From Squalus acanthias (taxonomy: Eukaryota), in NCBI GenBank assembly GCA_030390025.1, contig CM059431.1, positions 150,538,001 through 150,602,000 of the forward strand: 64,000 nt of DNA, written 5' to 3'. Shown piece by piece: positions 50,625 to 63,845 of this stretch; position 1 is the first letter of the stretch; each line of letters begins with the position of its first letter. A program made the translations under genes and the position numbers. The notes under the pieces were generated by a model. It saw nothing but the letters and a program-made list of their open reading frames with translations. It was not told where the DNA came from and searched no databases.

Positions 50625-51248
50625 TCACTCAAAACGACTGGTGGAATCATCCAGTCGCGTTTCCTCTTCTTCACAGGGCAGAAAACTGTTTCCGTTCATG
50701 ACTTTTTCTCTGAGATATTCCTCAATGCATTTCACTGCTGTGCTGTCCACTGCAGCGTCGAACATGTTGTCAAACAGGTGGTGCTGATGCTGCAGGATCC
50801 AGTGCAAGTCTCCAGCGCCGTAGACACAGATACCGTGGCGGTGAATACCTGCGCAGGGCGAGTAGCTGCCTCCCTCCTTCCCCACACGTTCCAGGACCTG
50901 CCATTTTATCAACCGCGGGACGACAGGGACATTTGGGGGACGGGAAGGGCCACTAAAGTGGCCAGAGCCGGGAACGCCGGGCATTCTGTGGATGGTGGCC
51001 CAAATGTGTTCATCGGGACTGTAGGTATCTTCAGACCACTTTAAGAAATGTTGGATTTCGGGGCTCCTCAACACGTGGTTAACAAATTCCCTAGTAACCG
51101 CATAATACGCGTTTCCCGCGAAAACCGTGATATTGTTTAGCTGTTCTTTCAACTGACCAGTCCTCCAAACAACGCTGCCAACCCGATATCGGTACTGCCA
51201 CCGTCTCTGAAAGTGACACAAAGAGGAAGGATTATGAGCACCAATCAT
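50625..51248 (-). pseudogene. C-terminal half of a GCNT-family (GT14, core-2/I-branching) beta-1,6-N-acetylglucosaminyltransferase; fragment, pseudogene or terminal exon
   Basis: FAGNAY, DTYSPDEHIWATIHRMPGVPGS, RLIKW, PCAGIH..GICVYGAGDL and HHLF..FD motifs are characteristic of GCNT1/3/4-type enzymes. No N-terminal half is visible in the window. Confidence 0.8.
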
Positions 51249-51497
51249 TCGCTGTTAAAACTCACAGTAAAAGTGCCTGCAACAGAACCGTTTCAATGAA
51301 TTCGCATCTTGTCTCCACGCAGGGCGAACGGGAAACGTCTATTTATGCTGATTTGAATGAATACTTCGGAGTAAGATGTAAGGACAAGCGAGCCCAACCA
51401 GGAACCATTGCTTTATTATGTGGGAAAATAAATCGGTTTATGTTGTGAAACTCCACTCGCCATTAACGCATAATTATATTCATTAATAGATGTGGGT

Positions 51498-51519
51498 GAT
51501 AGACAGGTAGATAGACAGG

Positions 51520-51565
<46 letters not shown>

Positions 51566-51567
51566 TT

Positions 51568-51650
<83 letters not shown>

Positions 51651-51651
51651 G

Positions 51652-51743
<92 letters not shown>

Positions 51744-52332
51744 GAGACAGACAGACAGACAGACAGGCAGATACACAGACAGACAGACAGACAGAGAGAC
51801 ATATCAACTTTGATTGGGAGGATGGATGGATAAAGGAATGAATGAATGAATGAATGAAAAGATGGAAGAATGAATTAATGAACAAATGTTTGGATGTAAA
51901 GATGAATGAATGGATGAATGAATGAATGAATGGATGGTAGGATGGATGGATGAATGAATGAGTGAATGAATGAAAGAAAGAAAGAATGAATGAATGAATG
52001 AAAGAATTAATTAATGAATGGATGGAACAATGAATAAATGAATAAATGAATGAAATAATGAATGAGTGATTTAAATAATGAATGAATGAAAGAATGCATG
52101 AATGAATGCATGAATGAATAAATGAACGAATGAATGGATTGATGGATAGATGAATGATTGTATGAATGAATGAGTGAAGGAACGAACGAACGAATTAATG
52201 AATTAATTAATGATAGAATGATGAATGAATGAATGGATGGATGAATGAATGGATGAATGAATGGATGAATGAATGAATGGATGAATGAATGAATGGATGG
52301 GTTGATGGATGGATGAATTATTGGATGGATGC
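51498..52332. repeat. Compound tetranucleotide microsatellite (GATA)n-(GACA)n-(GAAT/GGAT)n, resuming at 53444-53522
   Basis: Directly visible. Confidence 0.97.
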
Positions 52333-52339
52333 ATGTCTA

Positions 52340-53440
52340 TACGAGCATGGATTCAGATTTGTTTAACGGAGAGAAAACAGAGAGTAGGAAATACGGGTCA
52401 TTTTCGGGTTGGCAGGCTGTAACTAGTGGGGTAAAGCCGGGATCAGTGCTTGGGCCTCAGCTAATCGTATTCTACATCAACGATTTGGATGAGGGGACCT
52501 GATGTAATATATCCTAGTATGCTGAGGATACAAAGCTGGGTGGGAATGAAAGTTGTGAGGAGGATGCAAGGAGGCTTCAGTGGGACATAGACAGGAGGCT
52601 AGGTGAGTGGGCAAGAGCATGGAAAATGGAATATAACGTGGAGAAATGTGAAATTCTGCACTTCGTTAGGAAAAATAGAAAAACAGGGTATTTTTTAAAT
52701 GGTGAGTGACTGGGAAATGTTGGTGTCCAGAGGGATATGATGTCCTTGTACTCGAATCACTGCAAGTTAACATGCAGGTACAGCAACCAATTAGGAAAGC
52801 AAATTGGTATGTTGGCCTTTATTATGAGAATTTGACTATATGAGTAAAGACAATTGACTGCAATTATATAGGGCCCTGTTGAGACCACACCTGGAGTTTT
52901 GTGTACAGTTTTGATCTCCTTACCTAAGGAAGGATATACTTGCCATAGAGGGAGTGCAACGAAGGTTCACAAGACTGGTTCCTGGGATGGAGGGACAGTC
53001 CTATGATTAGAGATTGAGTAGACTAGGACTACATTCTCTAGAGTTTGGAAGAATGGGGTGCGATCTCATTGAAACATAAAACATTCTTACAGGGCTTGAC
53101 AGGGTAAATGCAGGGAGGATGATTCGCCTGACTGGGGTTTCTAGAACCGGGGGTCACAGTCTCAGAATACGGTATCGGCCATTTAGGACTGAGAGGAGGA
53201 GAAATTTCTTCACTCATAATGTGGTGAATCTTTGGCATTCTCTACCCCAGAGACCTGTGGAGGCTCAGTCGTTGAGTATATTCAAGACAGATATCGATAG
53301 CTTTTTGAATATTAAGGAAATCAAGGGAAATGGGGAGAGTTGAGAAAAGTGGAGATGAGGTAGAAGATCAGATATAATCTTATTGAATGGCGCAGCAGGA
53401 TCGAAGGGTCAAATGGCCTGCTCCTGCTCCTATTTCCTAT
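52340..53440 (+). mobile_element. Degenerate 5'-truncated CR1 inserted into the microsatellite
   Basis: RT motifs with stops and a CR1 tail. GGAT/GAAT repeats on both flanks. Confidence 0.88.
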
Positions 53441-53559
53441 TCGTGGATGAATGTATGAATGAATGGAACGATGAATGGATGGATGGCTGGATGGATGAAT
53501 GAATGGATGAATAGATGGATGGAATTCGGGGAGGGAGGTGTGCCTTCCATTTTCCATCT

Positions 53560-56500
53560 TTGTCAGTTTCCTGGTGCGGCGGCGGACCTGCGTGAGGCGA
53601 GGCGGCGGCAGAGGGTTTAAAAGGCTCCAGAGACCAGGTAAGGCGGGACCAGTCTCCGAACTCGGAGCGAGGGAGAGAGGTAAAAATAATCGAGGTGTGA
53701 CGTCACCAGAAAGCAGGTAAGTAATTGGTTGGTGAGTATTTCTCTCTTTTTAAACTTAAACTCTGTGGGATGTAGTTAATAAGGCCCTTCTGGTGCAGAG
53801 TGAGTATTGGTAAACCATTAACTGGTGTAATTTAGAGGGATTGATTTAATTAAAATCCAATTAAATAGAGGGGATACTAGCATCTATAATCGGGCAGAGA
53901 GTGTCCATAACTAATAATAAAAAAATTAATTAATTACATAGAATGGAGCAGGTGATGTTTTACTGTTGCGAATGTGGGAGCCGGTGGACCCCATTGAGGC
54001 TCATGGTGATTACATCTGTGACAAGCGTCTGCTGCTACAGGAACTCCAGCTCTGTGTTGATGAGCTGGAGTCTGAGCTTCGGACACTGCGACACATCAGG
54101 GAGGGGGAGAAGTACCTGGACTTTGTGTTTCAGGAGGTGGTCACACCTATGAAGTTAATTAATTCAGATGTAGCCCATGGTCAGGGACAGGACGGTGTGA
54201 CTGCGAGTGAGGCAGGTACGGGGATCCAGGAGGTAGTGTTGGAGGAGCCGCAGCTGTTGCTCTTGTCCAACAGGTTCGAGGTTCTTACTCCCTGTCGGGA
54301 CGGGAGCAGGGACTGCAGGGAGGATGAGCAACCTGGCCACAGCACCGTGGAACGGGGGGTCATTCAAGAGGGGCGAGTAAATAGAAATGTTGTAGTGGTA
54401 GGGGGTAGTATTATTAGGGGGATAGATAGAGTTCTCTGCAGCCGAGAGCGAGAGTCCCGTAGGCTGTGTTGCCTGCCCGGTGCCAGGGTTAAGGACATCT
54501 CCTCTGGACTGGAAAGAAACTTGCAGTGGGAGGGGGTGGATCCAGTTGTCGTGGTCCATGTTGGTACAAACGACGTAGATAGGACAAGGAAGCCGGTTCT
54601 GTTAAAGGAGTATGAGCAGCTAGGGGTCAAATTAAAGAACAGAACCTCAAGGGTAATAATCTCTGGATTATTCCCTGAGGCGCGAGCGAATTTGGCTAGG
54701 ACAAATAAAATTAGAGAGTTAAATGAGTGGCTCAAAGACTGGTGTGGGAGAAATGGGTTTTGGTTCCTGGGACACTGGCACCAGTACTGGGGCAGGAGGG
54801 AGCTGTTCCGTTGGGACGGGCTACACTTGGCCAGTGCTGGGACTAGAGTCCTGGCGGATCATATAACTAGGGCTGTAGAGAGGGCTTTAAACTAACTAGT
54901 GGGGGGGAGGTTCCTTGAGAGCAAATAATAAAAATGACAACAGAGAAGGTCATAGACTTAGGTAGCAGTGGGGAAATTAAAAACTAGAGTCTGTCAGGAA
55001 GGGGCAGAAGGTATGGTGTAAAAGGTAAAGTAATAAAAAGGGCAAAAACAGGAACTAAGTGTCACAAAACATATTTGAAAGTTCTCTATCTGAATGCACG
55101 TAGCATTCGTAACAAAATAGATGAGTTAATGGCACAAATAACTACATATGGGTATGATCTTGTGGCCATTACAGAAACATGGCTGCAGGGTGACAATACC
55201 TGGGAATTAAACATACCAGGTTATTTAACGATCAGGAATGACAGGCTGGAAGGAAGGGGAGGTGGGTGGCTCTGTTAATAAAGGAAGGAATCACTGTAAT
55301 ACAGAGAAATTATATTGGGTCAAAAGATCAGGATAATGAAACAGTTTGGGTGGAGATAAGGAATAATAAGGGGAAAAAACACGAGTGGGCGTAGTCTATA
55401 GGCCTCCGAATAGTTGCAACTCTGTTGGACGGAGTATCAATCAGGAAATAGTTGAGGCTTGTAATAAGGGAACATCTATAATTATGGGGGATTTTAACTA
55501 TCATATTAATTGGACAAATCAAATTGGGCAGGGCTGCCTTGAGGATGAGTTCATTGAGTGTATTAGGGATGGGTTTCTTGTGCAGTATGTAACTGAACCG
55601 ACCAGGGGGCAAGCAACCTTAGATCTGGTCCTGTGTAACGAGACAGGATTAATTAAAAATGTCCTAGTAAAGGATCCCCTTGGAATGAGTGACCATAACA
55701 TGGTTGAATTCCATATTCAATTAGAGTGTGAGAAGGTTTGATCTCAAACAAGCGTGCTAAGCTTGAATAAAGGAGAATATGAAGGTATGCGAGCGGAATT
55801 TAGTAGAGTGGATTGGGAAAATAGATTAAAGGGTAAGACGATACATGATCAGTGGTGTACATTTAAGGAGTTATTTTACAACTTCCAAAAAATATATATT
55901 CCACAGAGAAGAAAAGGGTGTAAAAGAAAAGACAGTCATCCGTGGCTAAGTAAAGAAATTAAGGATAGTATTCGACTAAAAACAAGGACTTATAAGGTAG
56001 CCAAATCTAGTGGGAGGATAGAGGATTGGAAAAACTTTAAAAGACAGCAAAACATAACAAAAAGATTGATTAAGAAAGGGAAGATAGATTATGAAAGTAA
56101 ATTAGCAAAACATATAAAAACAGATAGTAAGAGTTTTTATAGTTATATAAAAAAAAAAAGGGTGGCTAAAGTAAATGTTGGTCCCCTAGAGGATGAGACC
56201 GGGAAACTAAAATGTGGGAAATATGGAGATGGCAAATACACTGAATGAATATTTTGTATCAGTCTTTACAGTAGAGGAAACTAAGAATATCCCAACACTA
56301 GACAAACAGGGGGCTCAGGAGGGGGAAGAGCTAAACACGATCAAAATCACTAAGGAAGTGGTACTCGGTAAAATAATGGGACTCAAGGCGGATAAATCAC
56401 CTGGACCTGATGGCTTACATCCTAGGGTTTTGAGGGAAGTGGCGGTAGGGATTGTGGATGCATTGGTAATAATTTTCCAAAACTCCCTGGACTCAGAAAA

Positions 56501-57182
56501 GATCCCGGCAGACTGGAAAACTGCTAAAGTAACACCCTTATTTAAAAAGGGCAGTAGACAGAAGGCTGGAAGCTATAGACCGGTTAGCCTAACATCTGTG
56601 GGAGGTAAAATTTTGGAGTCCATTATTAAGGAGACAGTAACGGGATATTTGGATAATCATAATTTAATAGGACAAATTCAGCATGGTTTTATGAAGGGGA
56701 AGTCATGTTTGACAAATTTGCTGGAGTTCTTTGAGGAAGTAACACACAGGGTGAATAAAGGGGAACCAGTGGATGTGGTGTATTTAGACTTCCAAAAGGC
56801 ATTTGACAAGGTGCCACATAAAATATTATGGCTTAAGATAAAAAACCACGGGATTGGGGGTAATAGTCTGGCATGGATAGAGGATTGGCTATCTAACAGA
56901 AGGCAGAGAGTTGGGATAAATGGTTCATTCTCAGACTGGCAATCAGTAACTAGTGGTGTTCCGCAGGGGTCAGTGCTGGGTCCCCAACTCTTTACAATCT
57001 ATATTAACGATTTGGAGGAGGGGACCGAGGTTAACATATCAAAGTTTGCAGATGATACTAAGATGGGAGGGAAAGTAGTGAGTGAGGAGGACATAAAAAT
57101 CTGCAAGGGGACATAGACAGGCTAAGTAAGTGGGCAGAGATTTGGCAGATGGAATACAATACTGGAAAGTGTGAGGTTATGC
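53560..57182 (+). mobile_element. Young CR1 with 5'UTR, ORF1 (SGNH esterase) and a 3'-truncated ORF2; same subfamily as 31987-36530
   Basis: ORF1 53966-54895 (HVGTND, DGLHL). ORF2 fragments 55075-57116 nearly match the minus-strand copy. Similarity stops abruptly after GKCEVM. Confidence 0.93.
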
Positions 57183-57916
57183 TCTTATCTCTTCTTCATA
57201 ACATTACTGAATTCCATGTCTCCTACAGTCTCTGTGTTTACTTAACACAACATTCCATTACTTCAGCATATTCTAACAGAGTTTAGCCAGGGAGCATAAT
57301 TTCCCATCCTGCTTTGCTTCTCAGCCATTCGCCATTTTGGACAGGCTTTTTAGGTTTTTAAAGTACAATTTCACATATTACAGTTATTTAACAATGGTTA
57401 CAAAATCTTAACAATGTTTACTAAATTCTACTGGTACACTCTATCCTGCAACCTTTTTAAACAGAGCGTTGTGAGACTATCCAAGGCAGAATGGAATTAG
57501 GTTGTGAAGCCCAGACCACGGGGAGCAATTTTAACTGTGGGCACCTTCGGGGTGAGTGTCCGGGAAACCCCCATGTTCAGCTCAGCGTGGAGCAGGGGGA
57601 ATTTAAGTCTTTATTAAATCCAGGACCGTTTCCCACCCAAAACTGGTGGAAGCCATTACAGCACTCATCGGCGGGAGCAAAGATCGGGTTGTGAAGCCAG
57701 GACAGTCGGAGGTATGGGAATGGCCCCGGCATAAAATCAATATTGGGTAGTGGATTGAGAAACCGATGTGGGCGCTTAGAAGGAGAGGTAAGTCCGGGCT
57801 GGGGATGACTAAGCATTCCTTGCAGGGCCCAATGAAGCAGTCCTGCTGCTCCTGGCCTTCCTATGATTTCACAGTTGAGTGATTTTGCAAAACTTAGGTT
57901 AGCTTCTACTGGCCAC

Positions 57917-59245
57917 TGCATAGGATATACGGCACAGAAACAGGCCATATGGCCCAGCCAGTCCATGCCGGCGTTTAGGCTCCACTCAAGACTCCTTCCG
58001 TCTTTCCTCATCCAACTCTGTCTGCATAACCCTCTGTTCCCTTCTCCCACTATCCTCCCCTTAAATGCATCTATACTATTTGCCTCAACTACTCCATGTG
58101 GTAGCGAGATCCACATTCTCTCCACGCTCTGGGTAAAGAAGTTTCTTCTGAATTCCTTATTTGATTTCTTGGTGACTATCACATATTGATGGCCTCTAGT
58201 TGTGCTCTCCCCCAAAAGTGCAAAAACTCTCTCCTTACCTACTCTATTAAAACCTTTCATAATTTTAAAGATTTCAATTAGGTCACCCCTCAGCCTTCAT
58301 TTTTGAAGCGAAAAGAAACCCACCCTGCTCATTCTTTCCTGATCGGTATACCGTTGCATTTCTGGTATCTTCCTTGTAAATCTTCTCAGCACCCATTCCA
58401 GTGCCTCTATATCATCATTATTATATGGCGACCAGAATTGTACGCAGTACTCCAAGAATGGTCTAACCAGGGTTCGATACAAGTTTAGCATAACTTCACT
58501 ACTTTTTAAATCTTTCACTCTAGAATTAAACCCTAGTGCCTGGTTTGCTTTGTTATGGCCTTGTTAACCTGTGTCACTACTTTTAGTGATTTATGTATTT
58601 GTACTCCGATATCCCTTTGCTCCTCCACCCCACCCAGGCTCGCACCCTCCAAGTAATAAGTAAGCTCCCTATTCTTCCTACCAAAATGTAATGCCTCACA
58701 TTTATCTGTGTTGAATTTCATTTGCCAATTATATGCCCATTCTCCAAGTTCCTTAATGTCTTCCTGTAATTTGTTGTAGTCCTCCTCAGTATTAAGTATC
58801 CCCGCCAATTTGGTGTTATCCACAAATTTAGAAACTACCCAACTTCTGCCACTGTGAATAGCTACCATTTAGTCCTACACACTGCTGCCTGTCTTGAACC
58901 CAGCTAGCTATCCATCCTGCTACTTGTCCCCTGACTCCTCATACACTGCCCTTATTTATTAGTCTATTATGTGCTCCCTTATCGAAGGCCTTTTAAAATC
59001 TAGATATATTAAATCTACTGCATTACCCTTGTCTATTCTCTCTGTTACCTCTTCAAAAAAATCAATGAGTTTGGTCAAGCAAGGCTTTCGCTTTTGAAAT
59101 CCATACTGACTATTCATTATTATATTTTTGGCTTCTAGATGCTCTTGCATTTTATCCTTTAGTAGGGATTCCATTATTTTACCGACCACCGATGTTAAAC
59201 TTACATGTCTATAGTTCGCTGGACATGTTCTATCGCCCTTCTTAT
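57917..59245 (-). mobile_element. Degenerate CR1 RT and tail
   Basis: ORFs 58959-59189, 58533-58868, 58297-58518 and the start of 57577-58260 are consecutive RT pieces. Confidence 0.85.
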
Positions 59246-61671
59246 TTTCGATGTGGTTTTGCTAATAATATGCCACAAACCAGAAGCCTTTGTGTTGAAG
59301 TCAATAAAAGGGAAAATCCGGTCGAGGCCTATTATTGGAGTCCTATTCAATATTCCTCATTTTACACAATAGCCCAAAGTTAAATCGGATCTCAAAATTT
59401 CGTCCCCACGACGATTACATCACCGGGCCGTTGAATGTTGATGTAAAGCAGAACCCTTGCTGCCGTGAACAGGCGACCGTCCCGTGCCTCGATTAATGTA
59501 TGTCATGATGCTGCGCGATGGGAACGATTCGGAATTCTGGCACAATTCACTTGCCCACCATTTTAACTCTCCCCCGCTCGCACTGACACCGCGGGGCCGC
59601 CAGGGATTTAAGTCCACCTCCATAAATGGGCCAATCAACTTCTGCAGGGGAGCAAAATGTAATGTAATGGGTCAGCGGCCCGTTATGCACCCGCACAATT
59701 TTCAATTTCATTGAAATCAATATTGAAGAATAGGTTAGATGGATGCTTGAAGAAAGAAGGGTGAAGAAATATTGAACAGAGGCTGCCCAGCTAGTAAAAA
59801 CCTGGAATTGTAGTAGAAATCTGGAACTGGAGTAGAATTCTAGAATTGGAGTAAATCTGTGGGTCGCTCTCCTAAAAGTTTCTGGATCGCGGGGACAATT
59901 GAAGCTTTCAAGACTGAGATCGATAGATTTTTGGAGGCTAAGAGTATGAAGAGACATGGTGCTTAATCAGATAAGTGAAGTTGAGATTCACATCAGCCAT
60001 GATCTAATTGAATGAGGGAGCAGGCTCGAAGACCTCAATGGCCTCCACCTGTCCTTATGTAATCTTCCAAATAAATGTCAATGATTAGCATTCGGGCTGT
60101 AGAGAGAGAAATCTACGCCAGTGAGTGTGTTTCACAGGTAGTGGAGGTGAATCATAAGTTATTGAGAGCTGCTTAATGGCGGCCAGATTCTTCAGATTTT
60201 TTATTTGTGTTGATTTATTATTACTGAAGCGGCAATGCAGGTGTGACCCTCGGCAGTGCGTGTAGGGGAGCAATCCAACTGTTGAAGCCCTCACGGCCGA
60301 TTCAGATCTGTACTCGGACACGGACAGCTGAGGCTCTGCCACCCAGGTCAAAGTTCAATCACCCCAGCTAGTGAAGCCCCCTCTAAGGCTGCCATCTGCA
60401 GCTTAACTGCCTCTCCCTCTGACAGCAGCAAGTCACCAGACGAGAAAGTGACCGGATCCGATGCAACGCTGGTTATACATTCGTCCCGATTTTAGTCAAT
60501 GGACAGTAATATTGGGCGATGTGTAAAACTAGCGTTCCTCCCGATCCCGTCAGTCTCTCGTCGAGCGAGATAGTTAAACATTACCCCCACTTAAAGTCAT
60601 CTCCCTTTGAAGTTGTCTGGTGTGGTTTGATTTCCCAACGATATTTCAGGACTGCCCGTGTATATTTGAATATGATATTGATCATAATTTTGTGGCGTTG
60701 ACACCTATTCAAATGGCAGAAGGAAGTCGGCTGCCAACTGATTTTTAGAAGCATTTCAGATAGCTCGCTGGGCTTCCGATTCCATCTGATTTTAAAGGTT
60801 TTTGAATATACTTTTTTGGTTGAGGTAGCCTAGTGGACTTGAACCAACAATATGATAATCGGTATTGGTGGACACCAGATGTCATTGAATGGCCACACAG
60901 AACATCTGAAAGGAAAGCAGAACATTGAGCAATCTGACCTTTCTGGGGTCAAACGTTAAATCAAATTATCTGATCCCCGTTGACATTATAAGGTGAAGGG
61001 TGGACCTGATTTACAATCCAACGTAAGCAGCGTTACTCATTCATATGGAAAATACCATCACAAGATCTGGAATGAGATTCGATCCGAGGTCCCATTTGTC
61101 CTCTTAGGTGAATGTAAAAATCACATGGTACTTTGTGGAGGACCTGGGGTGCTCTCCTGGTGTCCATACCTACATATATCTCTCAACCAAAATCACTGAA
61201 AGCAGATTATCTGATCATTTATCTCTTTGCCGTATGACAACAGTGACTACCTTCAAAAAGTACTTGGTTGGCAGTACACCATTTGGTTTGGCCTGAGGTC
61301 CTCAATGGCGCAGGAAAATAATGCCTCTTTAATTTGTTTCTGTACATTTACGGACTGGCACTTAACACCTAACGCATGTGAAAAATATACATAAGTAACT
61401 CTTGTTCGATCAAAGTCAGGTGTCTTTTTAGCTTTTATGTTTCAATCTGTGAACTAGCTCTATAAAATGTTGTTGTCGATCAGTGGAAACTGAAAACAGC
61501 AGATTATGTGATGGCTGAAATAACAGGGACTAATTGGGGTTATGCAACATGTCTGTCCCATTGGAGCATACCATGATGTATATATATATATATGTGTTAT
61601 CTTGGAAAGCATCGTGTCAGCACAGCCGTGAGACTCAGTGTACAAACAAAAATCATCTCGTCGCACGTAAA

Positions 61672-61741
61672 ATGAGATTGCAGACATTTCTATTGGCGAA
61701 ACGTATTTATTATCCCATCCTCTCAGCCGTCGGTACCCCTG
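61672..61741 (+). CDS. GPR139-like class A GPCR, gene 4, coding exon 1 (MRLQTFLLAKRIYYPILSAVGTP)
   Basis: 70-nt exon with the IYYP.L...G.P motif, donor G|GTAAGT at 61742, and a (TA)n tract about 90 bp upstream. Confidence 0.85.
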
Positions 61742-62056
61742 GTAAGTCAATATAATATTTGCATTTGCTTTAGAACTTGTCGAACTGTAACCCTACTGCT
61801 TCTGTGATGATGAAACATTTTTACCTGGATGTCTCCATTATCTAAGACTAGAAATCACTGTTAACAATGATAACCCGCCTATATCAGAATGTTATTTAAG
61901 AATACCCCCTCGGAATAACAGCAGCAATTAAATTTGGGGTAGAAAATCATTTTTGGGAGGCAACACAAAATGGGCGAGAAAGCATGGGCCGCCTTTTGTA
62001 ACCGACGCCCCATATTTAGTTCTATTGCAGTCAGCCAAACTCAATATTAGGCGGAA

Positions 62057-62635
62057 TATTGGCAGAACACCTCCGTTCAGTCCGTGCGCGTGACCCCGAG
62101 ATTCTGGTCGCCTATCACTTTAATTCTCCACTCCACTCCCACTTTGATCTCTCCGTCCTCGGGCCTCTTACACTGTTCCAACGAAGCTCAACGTAAGCTC
62201 GAGGAACAGCACCTCATCTTTCGATTCGGTACTTTACAGCCTTCTGGACTCAACATGGAGTTTAACAATTTCAGACTGCACCCTCGGCCCCGATGTTTTC
62301 TTCTTTCTCTCACAGGGCAGCTGTTGATGATTCTGCCATTGCCATTTACACCTCATCGAGAATCATCTTTTTTTTCTTAACTTGACCCATTACCATTTCC
62401 TTTGCACCATCATCCCTTTTGTTTTTTAAGTTCTCCTGCCTACTATCCTATCACAGAACATCCCTTTGTTCTTTCCTCCCCTCCTCCCTTTCCCTGACCC
62501 ATACTTGCTTAAAAATCTGTCACTTCTCCAACTATCTTCCAGTTCTGACGAAGGGTCAACAACCTGAAACGTTAACGCTGTTTCTCTCTCCGCGATGCTG
62601 CCGGACCTGTTGAGTGTTTCCAGCATTTTCTGTTT
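62057..62635 (+). mobile_element. Penelope-like element 3' fragment (GIY-YIG C-terminus and pLTR)
   Basis: AEHLRSVR..DPE..VAYHFNS and GLLHCSNEAQRKLEEQHLIFRFGTLQPSGLN, followed by a pyrimidine-rich pLTR. Confidence 0.85.
62540..62580 (+). ncRNA. Minimal type-I hammerhead ribozyme motif in the Penelope pLTR
   Basis: GTT-CTGACGA-AGGGT(caaca)ACCT-GAAACGTT-AAC contains the CUGANGA and GAAA cores, stem II, a palindromic stem III and a 3-bp stem I. Confidence 0.65.
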
Positions 62636-62744
62636 TTGTCAATGGAACTGAATATCAGGCGCTGCGAATAACGGGCGGCCGAACCGATACCGCCCGTATT
62701 TCGCTAACGCCCGAAACGAATTACTCGGTCAGAGTTTTTAAAAT

Positions 62745-63092
62745 GTAGTCTCGGGATATGGGCGTCGCTGGCAAGGCCAGCAGTGAAAGCCCATCGCTGA
62801 TTGCTCCGAAACAACTCAATGGCTTTGTCGGCCACTTCAGTGGGCCTTTAAGAGTCAACGACTTTGATGTAAAACTGGAGTCACATATTGGCCAGAACGG
62901 GTAAGGACGGCAAGTTTACTCCAATTCCAACAGCTTCATGATCACTTTTACTGATACCTTTTATTATTTCCAGAATGAAACTTATTTCAAAATGTCAAAC
63001 TGCAATGCTGAGATTTGTACTCGCCTTATCTGCATTATCACTCAAAACCCCTGCAGTGCTAGTTTAGCGACATAACTACTACACCACCATAC
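62745..63092 (-). mobile_element. Degenerate tRNA-derived SINE with a LINE-type tail
   Basis: Minus-strand head GGTGGTGTAGTAGTTATGTCGCTAAACTAG resembles an A box, and the body resembles common shark interspersed repeats. Recalled from memory, not searched. Confidence 0.5.
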
Positions 63093-63845
63093 CGAATACT
63101 GGCCATAATTAAATTCTTGGTAGCACGATGGTGCTCTCAAAGGCACTTTGAAATATTTCTTCGGACACTAAGTGAAGCAAGGCTGAAAAGATCAGGCGCT
63201 TTCTCTATCACCTCCTACTGTAACGTTATTGAAATTGCTGATGATTACAATTTGAGTTATTTCCCAACTATATGATGATGCGGACTAGATTGACCATTTT
63301 GTGCAAAATCATGTAGCTTCTCGAAGCACATTGCGGTCCGTTAATTGTCATGACCCCAGCAGGTAACTTAACTTCGCTGCAGAACTTTGAAAGCGGTGGG
63401 AATATTGGGCGTAATTTTAACTTTAACATATAATGAAAGTAAAGGGGGGAATAGCAGGCTTGATCACTGGGTACGCGCTCAGTCGTTATTAGTTATGGAA
63501 CAGACTAATCTGAAAGGAGCTGGTTAATACAGGGGCGGGGGTATAATTTAACTCACGGCCGTGGTGCTAAATGGTCGACATGGGATTAGCCGCCCCTTTT
63601 ACACTTAGCCCCAATTTCCTTTTACAGTGAAGTAAATGTTACGGAAAATCGGGCGTGGCGTCGTCCAAAACTAAAATTACCCTCAGGTTCCACAATACCA
63701 GTTTAATTCAGCTTGTTTAATGCCCAGATCTCTGTTTTCAAGGAAGGATTATGTGATCAAGTTGTAAATTACTGTGATTATTCACCCTGTGTGAGTGAGG
63801 CTAATCAACAATTTCTGGATTATTTTCTCTCTCTCATTCTCACAG

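Noticed and set aside
51416..51885. ORFs with (YLSI)n repeats
   Set aside because: They are translations of the (GATA)n microsatellite.
57577..58260. 227-aa minus-strand ORF
   Set aside because: It is a CR1 C-terminus reading through the tail into unrelated repeat sequence.
60822..60905. tRNA-like 3' end on the minus strand (GGTTCAAGTCCACTAGGCTACC)
   Set aside because: Only a B-box-like motif is present; I could not fold a cloverleaf or assign an isotype.
61534..61671. Upstream in-frame extension of gene 4 exon 1
   Set aside because: It crosses the (TA)n tract that is the likely TATA region, and the ATG at 61672 gives the same 70-nt exon as the three paralogs.
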